From the NCBI RefSeq assembly GCF_001194135.2, contig NC_068988.1, positions 20,803,097-20,867,096 on the forward strand: a DNA stretch of 64,000 bases. The letters run 5' to 3'. The notes under the pieces were generated by a model that searched no databases, was not told the DNA's origin, and saw nothing but the letters and a program-made list of their open reading frames with translations. This document shows, one piece after another, positions 36,697 through 49,870 of the stretch (the first letter of the stretch is position 1; each line of letters opens with the position of its first letter). A program made the translations under genes and the position numbers. The DNA is from Octopus bimaculoides (lineage: Eukaryota).

Positions 36697-39600
36697 AAAA
36701 CAAGACTGATCATTTCTAAGATAAGGGAGTGAATTGAAGCATAAATAATGCATGGTATCCTGAGCCGTTATTTGCCTTATACCATCAGAAAATATGTAAA
36801 TGGATTGAGCTGTAAAAGTACTTGTTAAGATGTTCAGTATGTACAATCTTGTACACTTACTTAGTGACTGATTCATTAGATCTTTGGCAAGTACAATGAA
36901 ACTGATGTTTCTCTGAGTGGATCATCATAAGACAGAAACATGTACAGTGTTGCCACTTGTACTTGTCATGAAAATGACACTGATGTAAGTCCTCAACTAA
37001 ATAATTTTATTTTCATTATTCATCAACATCATCGTTTTAACATCCACTTGACCATGCTTGCATGGGGACAGATGGACTTTACTGAGGCAAATTTTCTATG
37101 GCTGGACACTTTCCTGTAGCCAACCCTTATTTTTCTCCAACCAAGATAATATTTCCCCCAAGATCTGACATGTTTTCATAGAATATTGAAAATCTCTTTT
37201 ACTCTTTTACTTGTTTCAGTCATTTGACTGTGGCCATGCTGGAGCACCGCCTTTAGTCGAGCAAATCGACCCCAGGACTTATTCTTTGTAAGCCTAGTAC
37301 TTATTCTATCAGTCTCTTTTGCCGAACCGCTAAGTTATGGGACGTAAACACACTCAGACATATGTAATGCTCATTTATTCACATTCTTTAAAATCAATCA
37401 TGCATTAATTTGTACCTAAGAGATTTCAATGAAGTTTATTTTTAGGATGACATTGTAAGGTAGGTTTGAGGGGCCAGATCTGATCAGTTTGAACATAAAA
37501 CAGGTCGGATATTTGAGTCAGATAAAAGAGGTTTCAATGACATATAGTCTGGTTTGCAAAAAAAAAAAAAAAACAATCACAACAGGAAAACTTTTGATCA
37601 TAAACCTACTCTATCAACAAGAGCCAAGTAAATTATATCAACAAAATAATATTTTTTTTCTAATTACTGAAATAAATGAATAAAATAATTTTTCTTTTTT
37701 TAATTACTAAATAAACTTCCAGGTACTGTTGCTTCCTTAGTAAATATGTTTACTACAACTGAGAAAACTACAAAAATATTTATCAGGTTACTAGATCTGT
37801 GATAATACTCTTATCTTTAAAAAAACTTAAATTGTGTCTTGAAAATGTGTTTACGTTGTTTACAAGCAAAGGAAATAAATAACTGGTTAAATAGATAACA
37901 AAAAAAAAAATATCCTTGAAAATGTTTTGGCAAAGAAACAAGTTGAATTTGTGTATGTTGCAACAATGCCTCAATTATTCTTTCCTTCAAAGCTTTGCCC
38001 ACAACCAATAGAAACGTACTATTTCTAAGCTGTCCATTCACTAAGTACTTCAATCTTGTTCATTCATACCATCACATCTTCCTACTATTGCTCTTCATTA
38101 GTAAGCGCATTTTTCGTAACCAATCCTTATCTACTTTTCTCCAGGCATGTATGCAGTTTACAGTTCTGCGTTACACGTCAACAGGTTTGCATTAACCAGT
38201 AAGGGAGTCCAAGTCAGTTGGGGAAAGGAGCTTCTACAGTTGTTCATTTGCTCAAATGTAGTGGCTAAATCTTGTTCAATAAGCAGTCTACTGTCTTCAA
38301 AAATTGTGACCATATGGTTTCATTCCTAAATGCAGTGACAGTAAATATATTCCCCCATTTCACAGCAAATACAGGCTGTTACAATCTTTCAAAACATTAA
38401 GTTAGTTTACATGAAATGGTATTTATTACTTCAACATTGTGTTCCTCATTTGTTTTAATATAAATCATACATGGTCTATTTTTTAATAAATATCCCCAAT
38501 GTCATTGTGCCATAGTGGTTTGGGTATTTGGCTTATGACTGTATGGTCATGAGTTCAATTCCTAGCTGTGCATTGTGTTGTTGAGCAAGACACTTTATTT
38601 CACTGACCAATCCCTGGAGTTCATCAACTGCATGTTACAAGTGAAATAATTCTCTAGTAACAGTGCAGTCATTGAAACTTCTTCAAAAACTGTAAATCCA
38701 ATTTTAGTTAACAACTTTCATTGTATATTCTATTTCATTTGTTACCATGTAAGAGAGAGTGAAAATGTCATAACAAAACGTTATTGAAATTTTAGTTTTG
38801 TTTCCATTTTCCTTGTAGCTAGAATGAAATGAGAAAAAAATACTTTTCTTCCACAGTAAAAGACACTATAGATTACATATAACCTTTCCTTTTCAAATAG
38901 ATACCACCTAAGCAGATTTTACCATTACTGCTCATGACTTTTAAGCACTCTTTAGAAAATTTAGCTGTTTTGACTAAGCGCATTATAACACTGCATGTGA
39001 TGTATGGCATGTGTACTAATTAAAAAAAAAGAGAGAAAACCAGTAAAATAAAATAAGAATGGAACATTTAGTATCAAATAACACATCAAAGACTCCATAG
39101 GGAAGCCAATAGCATTTTCTTTGCAGCACAATATCTCAATGTCTACAGTGATACGGCAGAACCTTTCCACTTCCTTTCTTCAGATGTTGTTGAGTAGATT
39201 TTTTAACAATTACAGTTTGAGATTCTAATTACCAATCTAAGTATAGAATTTTAAAAAATATAACTCAATTGATTGTTAGAGATTAACAAAACAGTAAGCT
39301 TTTCTTGTACAGAAAATATAAGAGTCAGCTACATGAAGGTTCACTCCTGACATCTCCAGCAATCACTGTCAACAAATTTACAGTTTTTAAGATGTAAAAA
39401 AAAAAGCAAATTAGCTGAGTAACTAAATACGATACTGAACTACCATCTTAAACCCAATACAGCTATTTATTTTATTGTGCTTCTGTGCAGGAGATTTTAA
39501 GCTGTCAACAAAAAGTACCACAATTTCTTGGTAGAGTGACCTGCATCCAACCCAAGAAGAAATCTGATTCATCAATTCGTTACTATAGAAACTAAAGTGA

Positions 39601-40072
39601 ACCCTTTTATTATTCTAGTGAAATAAAATTCTTTTGTTTCAGTTAATTTTTTTTTAAAAATAAGGAATAACTTTGCCGTTATTAAGCTGCAAAATTTTGT
39701 TGAGAGGTTTTGAATTTAGACCACTTCAAAACAGGAAGTTTGTCTTATAGAACCATGGGTAGCTTCAGGTAAATTGGTATTAAAAATGGTTAAACATTAA
39801 CCCTATGAACTCTGTTGATCTCAAAAAGACTGGTTATGAAAGGAAATAAAAACTGATAGTAAGGTTGAACATTGTCATTGGCAGACTAATGAGCTGAGTA
39901 ATGTGTCTAAATATGATTTCAAACCCTGCCATTGAACAAAGACATATACCCCAAAATACAAAAATGCTCTTCCTTTTCATTTCTGTGTATGCTATCACTT
40001 GAGTGATTAACATAAATGAAGCTATTCATGTTAGAGCTACTTCAATAATTTATATTTACTATTTCAGTATAG

Positions 40073-40222
40073 GTACAGGCATGACTGTTTGATAAGAAGC
40101 TCGCTTCCAAACTACATGGTTTCAGGTTCAGTCCCACAGTGTGGCACTTTGGACAGGCATCTTTTATTATAGGCCTTGAGCTGACCAAAGCCTTGTGAGT
40201 AGAATTGGTAGGCATTGAAAGA

Positions 40223-40283
<61 letters not shown>

Positions 40284-40470
40284 TCTCTCTCTCTCTCTCT
40301 CATCCCCATACTTGGCAATTATTGCCCTTGTAACTTAATGGTTCAGCAAAGCAGGCCCCTAGAATAAGTACAAGACTTTGAAAATAAATACTGGGTTCAA
40401 TTTGTATGACTAAATCCTTCAAGGCAATGCCCCCAGCAAAGCAGCAGTCAAATGAGTGAGGCAAGTAAAA
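40073..40470 (+). mobile_element. Family A SINE, older variant
   Basis: Diverged head/CORE, (TG)n, tail gcagtcaaatgagtgaggcaagtaaaa. Confidence 0.75.
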
Positions 40471-41331
40471 TTATAGAATATAACAGCTGCTAATAATCAA
40501 ATCATGATTATATGAAAGCAGACAAAAAAAAAAAAAGAAAAAGAAAACCCCATGAGCACAACCACAGTAAAAACCAATGTCTAAACGCTTACAACAGAGT
40601 GAACTCTACGAAATTCATCCAAGACCTAAGCAGTAGCACTGTTGTTTAGCTCCAGATCAACCCTGATCCCATAACCCCTTGATTAAAAGCATTCCAGCCA
40701 TGACCTTATCGTTTTTTGGTGGGGTATGCAGAAATATATTACCTCATATTTTTTTCTTTATTTAAGATAGTAGGATATATGAGGGAGATTTGGCTACTAC
40801 TTCTAGCATGTCAAGTAACCACACAGAGGCTTTCTCGAAACCAAGTGGGGTCTGAGGCCTACCTTCCAAGCTGACCCCTCTCAGGATTGACCAAAAGGTA
40901 AACCAACACAAAAACAACTATGTACAAAGCCAATGAGGGAGCCTCTACATATTTACTTGATCTGCTACAAATAACAACCAAATCTCCTTCATACTACATC
41001 CTGCCATCTGACACAAAAAAAATACAATACATGGTTTCAGATTCACTGCACATAGGAAAAAGACATCTGAAAAGACAGGATGGTCATAATTAGAACACCT
41101 TTGATCAGTCTGCTTGATCAGTACTAATTGCAGTGGGGGTGGACTAAATCACAACTCCTCTCTCTTGAAATGACTTCTAAACATTCTAGACTATAAAAAA
41201 AATTGATTTTAAAATTTATGAGGCATTCTAAATGAAGTTAAATAGGGGTGGGCATGTAAGGAATTGACAGATATCATTACCATAAATGTAGAAAAATACA
41301 TAAGAAAAAAATCAAAAAAATATCTCTTTGC

Positions 41332-41530
41332 CTATAGGTGCAGGAGTGGCTGTGTGGTAAGTAGCCTGCTTACCAACCACATGGTTCCGGGTTCAGTCCC
41401 ACTGCGTGGCACTTTGGGCAAGTTTCTTCTACTATAGCCTCAGGCCGACCAAAGCCTTGTGAGTGGATTTGGTAGACGGAAACTGAAAGAAGACCGTCGT
41501 ATATATGTATATGTATATATATGTGTGTGT
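41332..41530 (+). mobile_element. Family A SINE 5' half (identical to 41651-41849)
   Basis: Shares private variants gcctgcttacc, cactttggg, aagtttctt and gaagaccgtc with the next copy. Confidence 0.9.
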
Positions 41531-41636
41531 TATTTCTTTACTACCCACAAGGGGCTACACAAAGAGAGGACAAACAAGGACAGACAAACGGATTAAGTCG
41601 ATTACATCGACCCCAGTGCATAACTGGTACTTATTT
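41531..41636 (-). mobile_element. Family D SINE 3' part inserted in the A microsatellite, running into a gap
   Basis: tatttcttt...acaaacaaggacagacaaacggattaagtcgattacatcgaccccagtgc. Confidence 0.85.
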
Positions 41637-41650
41637 NNNNNNNNNNNNNN

Positions 41651-42065
41651 CTATAGGTGCAGGAGTGGCTGTGTGGTAAGTAGCCTGCTTACCAACCACA
41701 TGGTTCCGGGTTCAGTCCCACTGCGTGGCACTTTGGGCAAGTTTCTTCTACTATAGCCTCAGGCCGACCAAAGCCTTGTGAGTGGATTTGGTAGACGGAA
41801 ACTGAAAGAAGACCGTCGTATATATGTATATGTATATATATGTGTGTGTGTGTTTGTGTGCCTGTGTTTGTCCCCCCACCCCCCAACATCGCTTGACAAC
41901 CGATGCTGGCGTGTTTACATCCCCGTAACTTAGCGGTTCGGCAAAAGAGACCGATAGAATAAGTACTACTAGGCTTACAAAGAATAAGTCCTGGGGTGAT
42001 TTGCTCGACTAAAGGCGGTGCTCCAGCATGGCCGCAGTCAAATGACCGAAACAAGTAAAAAATAA
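41651..42065 (+). mobile_element. Family A SINE, full length
   Basis: Collinear with consensus. Confidence 0.92.
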
Positions 42066-42502
42066 GAATTAAAAAAAAGAGTATGTCTTCGGTGTAACAA
42101 CATGTAAAGAATGACAATATGTTTAATAAGCATATTAGGTGGATATATGATAAGCATGTATGATTAGCTGTTGCTTTCTTGTTTAGTCGCAGGTCAAGCA
42201 TGGTTGAACAGGCTGGTGATCAAAGGCATTCCAGTCATGACAATCCTGCCTTTTCAGATGTAGTATAGGTATGTCACAAAGAAAACTACCATTGTATGAT
42301 AGATTGTGATTTGAATCACATTTAGCTGCTATTTCTAGCGGTCAGAGTAACCATACAAAGGTTACCTCACTGATTCAGTGTAGTGTTTTAGCTGATATGT
42401 TCAAAAGCAGAACATTTTGGAATTATTATCTTCACTCAAACCTATCTATAGCCCCTAGGACTTTATTTCTCTTTGCCTATATTAAAAATCAACATACATA
42501 GC

Positions 42503-42678
42503 AGCAGGTGTGGCTGTGTGGTAAGAAGTTTACTTTGAAACCACATGGTTCTGGGTTCAGCCCCACTGCATGGCCCCTTGGGTAAATGTCTTCTACTATA
42601 GCTTGGGGACAACCAAGCTTTGTGAGTGGATTTGGTAGACATAAATTGAAAGAAGCCCATTGTACACATATCTATATA

Positions 42679-42718
<40 letters not shown>

Positions 42719-42935
42719 TTTGTTTGTCCCCTGCCACCACCTGAGAACCAATATTGGTGTGTTTATAGCTCCATAACTTAGCAGTTCTGCAAAAGAGACT
42801 GATAGAATAAGTACCAGGCTTAAATAAAAAAAAAATTTTTAAATAAGTCCTGAGGTGAATTCGTTCAACTAAAAGTTCTTCATGACAGTGGCTCCAGCAT
42901 GGCCATAGTCAAATGACCGAAACAAGTAAAAGAAG
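42503..42935 (+). mobile_element. Family A SINE, older variant
   Basis: Head, CORE, (TG)n and tail recognisable. Confidence 0.82.
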
Positions 42936-43277
42936 ATCCTCCAACATTTAACAGTTCAAGTCCTCGTGTTCACAGTCACCATCTCAGACTGAATAAAATC
43001 AACAAAGAAATTCCAGTTATGAAGACTGACATGTTAATATACCTCTGAGTTCAACAAGTGACTTACGACAGACTTGAATACGAGTGAGTGAAAGTTGGGA
43101 GTGAATGTCCAAGTGAGAGTGGTGTCGTTAGTGAATGGAATAAGAGTGAGTGAGCAAATAGAAGTGGATGAAAGTTGTGAGTGAGTAAATATGAGTGCGT
43201 TTCCAAGTGTGTGTGCATGTGAGTGAATGAATATCCATGTATGCATGTGTGTGTGTGCAAGTAAGTGAATGATAATG

Positions 43278-43312
<35 letters not shown>

Positions 43313-43696
43313 ATGCAAATTTTGTGTGTGAATGACCGTTTATGTGTGTGTTTAAATAACAGCACTCACATGAAAATTTTTAGAGCAATATTTTTACAAT
43401 GGAATGTACTTAATTGCATCTCAGAAAATTTAACCTTATTTCATAATTGCTCACTTCTTAATTTTGTGTGTGTGCACGCGCACGCACACACATGCATGCA
43501 TGTGTGTGTGTGTGTGTGTGTGTCAATATAAATATATGTTTAACTATATGCATACATGCATATGTGAATGTCTGTGCACATGCATAAGAGTGTACAAGAA
43601 AAAGAAAGGATACATGTTTGCTTGTGTGTGTGAATGTGCCTTTTAGCATATTCGTACCAAAAAAAATTCTATTTTTACGTTCCTGTCAAGTGTCTG

Positions 43697-43925
43697 CTAA
43701 CCCTTTAGCATTTAAATTCGTCTGTCAAATGTAATGCTTATTCATTCATATTGTTTTGAATTAATAATGCATTATCTCATAGCTTCAAGACTTAGAAAAT
43801 GCGATTGTTTATTTTTAGAATGACAAATGTTGGGTAGGTGTAAAATACAGGATCTGGCCACTTTCAACATAAAACATATAGAATATTTGGGCTGGAAATG
43901 GCCAGTTTAAATGTTAATGGGTTAA
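43697..43925. mobile_element. piggyBac-type MITE P1
   Basis: ctaa-ccctttagcatt ... aatgttaatggg-ttaa. Confidence 0.78.
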
Positions 43926-44274
43926 TTCAACCATCAAGGCTTCCTTTAACTGAAGTCGGTCCAAGTAAGGCACAAACAGTTTTGTTTTCAATGCCAGAAT
44001 ATAAAAAAGCAATCTTGCAAGTGAGAGATGACTGACCAGTGTGTTTACAAAATTACAAGCAATTAAAACAACTTTTTGCTGTGTTTATTATGAATTTATG
44101 AATTGTTAACCATGTAATGGTTACATCCACATGCATCTTGTTTGTCTGAATAGGGGGCATATGGATGCATGTGCAGCTGTGTAGAAACCATAAGGCTTCA
44201 GGTTCAATCCCATTCTGCAGTACGCTGAATATGGTCTAATATCAAAGCTTCTGGTTCTATAAAAGCCGAAAGCT

Positions 44275-44570
44275 GTTATGTTTTACTTGTATCAGTCATT
44301 AGACTGTGGCCAGGTTGGGGCACCACCTTGAAGAATTTTTAGCTGAATATATTGATCTCGGGACTTTTTTTCATAAACCTGACATTTATTCTATCAGTCT
44401 CTTTACTGAACAGCTAGGTCATAGGGACATAAATACACCAATATTGGTTGTTAAGTGATGGTGGGGACAAAGACACACATACAATGGGCTTTTTCCAGTT
44501 TTCATCTACCAAATCCACTCACAAAGCTTTGGTCGGCCCGAGGTTATAGTAGAAGATACTTGCCCAAGTA
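44275..44570 (-). mobile_element. Family A SINE, older variant, partial
   Basis: ttttacttgtatcagtcattagactgtggcc...agaagatacttgccc. Confidence 0.78.
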
Positions 44571-44722
44571 CTGCAGGCACAATAAAAAAAAAACAGCTTT
44601 TAGAAAAGCTGCTAAAAAAGTTAGTAAATCATGAATGAAGCAAAACCTTAGTAATTAACGGCACAAAGTATTACAAGAATATTTTGGAGATATCATAATA
44701 TCTTTTGGAGAGATTATAATGA

Positions 44723-44957
44723 TTAAAATAAACAAGCATTCTTGTTCTTTTTGGTTCTGTTAGGAGTGTCTGTTGTAATTGCAGCAGAGTGATGACTTGA
44801 TAGGTCCTCATCTTCTCTTTCCGAAACTATGTTATCATTATTTTTTGAGTAGTTAAGTGAGAGAATAGCATATTTTAAAGGTTTGCAGTTTTCATCAGTT
44901 ATATCGAGTCGAGATCTCAAGATAAATGACTTGCTGTTACTGTATCGCACCTCCCTG
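44723..44957 (-). CDS. Candidate terminal exon ...REVRYSNSKSFILRSRLDITDENCKPLKYAILSLNYSKNNDNIVSEREDEDLSSHHSAAITTDTPNRTKKNKNACLF*
   Basis: About 77 open codons in unique AT-rich DNA starting just after cctaat...ttgcag|cag| (NAGNAG); all plus frames are closed. Confidence 0.33.
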
Positions 44958-46065
44958 CTGCAATATAATTAGGATGTACTGGTACGGTTGGCACCACTGC
45001 ATTTCAATCACTAATCCCTCATTTCATATAATGGGTCATTTCTGATAGCAAAACCTTTTTTTTTTTTTTTTTTTTTTTTTNNNNNNNNNNTTTTTTTTTT
45101 TTTTTTTGTCTTTTATGATGAATCATCTGGTGTTTGCTGTGTTGAGCTACATCTATAAACATTATGCTCGGAGATGATTACATCTTTAAAACTCTAGAAG
45201 GCAGTGATATAATATTTATCGACGCACATGGGAACTCTCTGTTCCTTTGTTTTATCATCCTGTTTGTACTAAATGTAATTAAGTAGTTTTCCATATCATT
45301 CCATTGTATTATGTTGTTCATTCAATGAAGGATATTAAAGAATCTTTCTAATCGTACAAACAACATTCCATCAACTTAAGAATTCTCAAAATTCAGAGCT
45401 TTCAAATTGAGAGCCACAATACGTTGATAGAATCATAAAAGCTTAAGGTGTCAAAGACACTAGCTCTCTGTTGATAATAGATATCCCTGTTTTTTGTTTG
45501 TAGCTTCTTTTTTTCTTTTTACAATGAATATAGTGTTATTTAACAGTCCACTTTCTTTTGCTGTTTTTAATGACCTTTTATTACTCTTAGATAGTATATA
45601 ATGCTACTTTCTGCCTCTTTTTTTTTTTTTTTTTTATAATTTTGGATCACACTATATCCAACATAATAATCAGTTGCTGTAGCACCGAGAAATAAATCCA
45701 TTCAATCAATTAATTTTTGGATTTATTTTACAAGAATTTTTATGAGGAATAATTTTTTGAAGTTGATATTGTTGTACATTGGGAACGTCATTTTGCCAGT
45801 AAATACAAGCACTGGTTTTAGTTCACTTCAATTTATTTTCAATTAAATGAAATCATAAATTTTTAGTGACACCACTGTAATCTTCCCAATGACTCTCCAG
45901 TCTGTAACTGATTTTTCTTTCTTGTGTCCATTATGTTGTCAAGCATATGTATGGGTTGTCTCATTCATGGTTTGTTTAGATTATATCTGTTGTTTATATA
46001 ATTTTCATTTTTTTGTGTTTTTTGCCAACACAAGATTGCATATGTGTAAGTGAACATGTGTATGT

Positions 46066-46450
46066 GTAGGCACAGGAGTGGCTGTGTGGTAAGTAGCTTG
46101 CTTACCAACCACATGGTTCTGGGTTCAGTCCCACTGCATGGCACCTTGGGCAAGTGTCTTCTACTATAGCCTCGGGCCGACAAAGGCCTTGTGAGTGGAT
46201 TTGGTAGACGGACACTGAAAGAAGCCTGTCGTATATGTGTGTGTGTGTGTGTGTGTGTGTCCAACACCGCTTGACAACCGATGTTGGCGTGTTTACGTCC
46301 CCATAACTTAGCGGTTCAGCAAAAGAGATCGATAGAATAAGTACTAGGCTTACGAAGAATAAGTCCTGGGGTCGATTCGCTCGACTAAAAGGCGGTGCTC
46401 CAGTATGGCCGCAGTCAAATGACTGAAACAAGTAAAAGAAGGTAAAAGAG
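46066..46450 (+). mobile_element. Family A SINE, full length
   Basis: Collinear with consensus. Confidence 0.92.
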
Positions 46451-46686
46451 TATATGTTACTAAAAGTAGAATTACTTCAGGTCACATGCATGCTCACTGC
46501 TTAATATGTGATGATTGTAAACGAGCATCACTGCAATATCAGCAATGTTGTTCATTTGCAGTATTCCAAGGTAAACATGCTTGGCCATGGAGAAATATTA
46601 CCCTGCATGGAAACAAGTGAGAGTTGGTAACAGGAATGGCCTCAGGCTGTAGAAGATCCACCTCAACTAATGCCAGCATGAGAAAG

Positions 46687-46845
46687 TGGCACAGGTATGG
46701 CTGTGTGGTAAGAAGTTTGCTTCCAAATCACATGGTTCCGGGTTCAGTCCCACTGTGTGGCATCTTTGGTAAGTGTCTCTTACTTATAGCCTCAGGCCAA
46801 CCAAAGCCTTGTGAGTGGATTTGACAGACGGAAACTGAAAGAAGC

Positions 46846-46898
<53 letters not shown>

Positions 46899-47070
46899 TG
46901 ACAACTGTTGTTGGTTTGTTTATGTCCTTGTAACTAACCGGTGTGGCAAAAAAAGGCCAATGGAATAAGTACCAGGCTTAAAGAAATAAGTACTGGGGTC
47001 AATTCATTTGGCTAAAATTCTTCAAGGTGGTACCCCAGCATGGCCACAGTCAAACAAAAGATAAAAGATG
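46687..47070 (+). mobile_element. Family A SINE, older variant
   Basis: Head, CORE, (TG)n and tail to aagataaaagat. Confidence 0.82.
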
Positions 47071-48349
47071 ATNNNNNNNNNNNNNNNNNNNNNNNNNNNN
47101 NNNNNNNNNNNNNNNNNNNNNNNNNNNNNNNNNNNNNNNNNNNNNNNNNNNNNNNNNNNNNNNNNNNNNNNNNNNNNNNNNNNNNNNNNNNNNNNNNNNN
47201 NNNNNNNNNNNNNNNNNNNNNNNNNNNNNNNNNNNNNNNNNNNNNNNNNNNNNNNNNNNNNNNNNNNNNNNNNNNNNNNNNNNNNNNNNNNNNNNNNNNN
47301 NNNNNNNNNNNNNNNNNNNNNNNNNNNNNNNNNNNNNNNNNNNNNNNNNNNNNNNNNNNNNNNNNNNNNNNNNNNNNNNNNNNNNNNNNNNNNNNNNNNN
47401 NNNNNNNNNNNNNNNNNNNNNNNNNNNNNNNNNNNNNNNNNNNNNNNNNNNNNNNNNNNNNNNNNNNNNNNNNNNNNNNNNNNNNNNNNNNNNNNNNNNN
47501 NNNNNNNNNNNNNNNNNNNNNNNNNNNNNNNNNNNNNNNNNNNNNNNNNNNNNNNNNNNNNNNNNNNNNNNNNNNNNNNNNNNNNNNNNNNNNNNNNNNN
47601 NNNNNNNNNNNNNNNNNNNNNNNNNNNNNNNNNNNNNNNNNNNNNNNNNNNNNNNNAAAAGAAAGAAAAAAAAACTACTGCTTATTTTGTTTTGTTAATC
47701 ATACATGTGCAAAACAAAATTATACCCCCAGCAGTGCATCAACGCAAACTGTTTCATAAACTACTGTTCAAGAATAAGCAGGATTTTGGTGGGGAGGGGA
47801 GAATCTTTAAGGAAATTATTCTTTACTTTCAAGTGCTAGTACTTTGGGTGCCAAAAAATATTAGTGGAAGAATTTTATCTTACAAATTAAAAGAGTCATA
47901 AATCATTCTGTTGAACAGCTCAGGTAGTTAGTCAGTCACAGAGCAGTAAGCATCTTAATGAACTAGCAGACACTTGAGTATGTGTGACAGTTTGAACGAG
48001 GATGCATAACTGTGCATATGCTTGTGTGTTTCTAACATGAATGAATGAATGAATGAATGAATATATATGTGTTTATGACTGTGTTTGACTGATTTTGTGC
48101 GTGTTTGTAATTGCATCTGTGTGAATGACTACATGTGCATATGAATGGATATGTTTGACTGGGTGCGTGACTACATGCGTCTGTGTGACTTAGTACATGT
48201 TTGTATGAAGAGTGTAGGGCTAAATAACAAATATAATTTTAAAATATTAATGAAAGATATAGAGCCTGACAAAGCACCAACAGGAGGGGGGAAGGGGGAC
48301 TTACCAGTTTTATGGCAATGATCTTAGTACTCAGTGCAGCTATTGATGA

Positions 48350-48795
48350 ACTGTAGCACAGCTATGTGTTTTTTTTTTCTTTCTTTCTATTCGTTTCACT
48401 CATTAGAATGCAGTAATGCTGGGGGAACCACTTTGAAAGATTTAATTGAACAAATTGACCACCCCAACCCCATGAATACTTATTTTCAAGCCTGGGACTT
48501 ATTCTATCAGTCTTTTTTGCCAAACCTCTAAGTTACAGGGACATATGCAAATCAATACCAGTTGGTAAGTGGGGAGGGGATAAACTCAAAGACAGACACA
48601 CAAACATGTATATATACCTATAAACACATGATGGGCTTCTTTCAGTTCTCACCCATCTACCAAATCCACTCACAAGCTTTAGCCAGTCTAGAGCTATAGT
48701 AGAAGACACTTGCCCAGGGTGCCAAGCAGTGGGACTGAACCTGGAACCATGTAGTTTGAAAGCAAAACTTCTTACCACACTACCACATCTGCACC
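48350..48795 (-). mobile_element. Family A SINE, older variant
   Basis: Reverse-complement homology to the A consensus. Confidence 0.78.
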
Positions 48796-49262
48796 TCATC
48801 ATCATCATCATCGTTTAACGTCCGCTTTCCATGCTAGCATGGGTTGGACGATTTGACTGAGTACTGGCAAACCAGATGGCTGCACCAGGCTCCAATCTGT
48901 TCTGGCAGAGTTTCTATAGCTGGATGCCCTTCCTAATACCAACCACTCTGAGAGTGTTGTGGTTGCTTTTACGTGCCAGCAGCATGAGGGCCAGTCACGT
49001 GGTACTGGCAACAGCCATGCTCAAATGGTGTTTTTTACGTTCCACCTGCACAGGAGCCAATCGAGCGGCACTGGTAACAACCTTGCTCAAATGTTTTTTC
49101 ACGTGCCACCAGCACAAGTGCCAGTAAGGCGATGCTGGTAACAATCACTCTCAAATGGTGCTATTTACGTGCCACTGGCATGGAAGCCAGACAGCTGCTC
49201 TGGCAATGATCACACTCAGACGGTGCTGTTAGCATTCCACTGGCACGGGTGCCAGTCATCGA
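48796..49262 (-). mobile_element. Family C RTE tail with about 4.5 hairpin modules
   Basis: Tail plus repeated ttttacgtgcca...gccag..ctggcaac...ctcaaatgg units. Confidence 0.88.
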
Positions 49263-49642
49263 ATTTGGTTCAATTACAATTTTGATTGTCACCTATATTT
49301 GCAAAAGAAAATTATGAACTCCAAGAATAAACAGTTGCATGTGTAAATTTAGTGGGTTAACTGTAGCAGAGTGTGAGCTAGCAACAGAGTAATAGGGCGA
49401 AAGAGAGAGAGAGAGGAATAAAAAGGGCTCTCTAGTAAAAGTCAAGATAGCTGAAGAAATAAAATACTGAGTTAGCTTTCCATAAGATAATTTAGGAGTT
49501 AAAACCTGGTGTAGGCTTTTTGCCAGATTTTATTCTACACCATCTTAGTTTATTTAACAGGAATACGTTTCAGATTATTTGGAAATATTACTTGAGATAG
49601 ACTGGCATCCTATCCAGGAGGAAGATTTTATCTCTCATCTGC

Positions 49643-49870
49643 TTAACCCTTTCGTTACTGTATTTATTTTGAGATGTTCTGTGTTTCTTTCAATTACTTT
49701 AAATATAATAAAGAATTTAGTAAAATAACTTAGTTATCATTCAGCTAGTGTTAGGAACATAAATTGTGACTAAGATTTGGTGGAGGATTTTAATTCAAAC
49801 CTTATGAAAATAGGAGATTTGTACTCAGAGTCAGAGCCGGTTTCAGCTGGGTTGGTAACGAAAGGGTTAA
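49643..49870. mobile_element. piggyBac-type MITE, family P2
   Basis: Perfect ends TTAA-ccctttcgttac / gtaacgaaaggg-TTAA. Confidence 0.88.

Noticed and set aside
37930-38330. Possible decayed mariner transposase on the minus strand (VTIFEDSRLLIEQ...)
   Set aside because: Faint resemblance only; no WVPHEL, DETW or TIRs seen.
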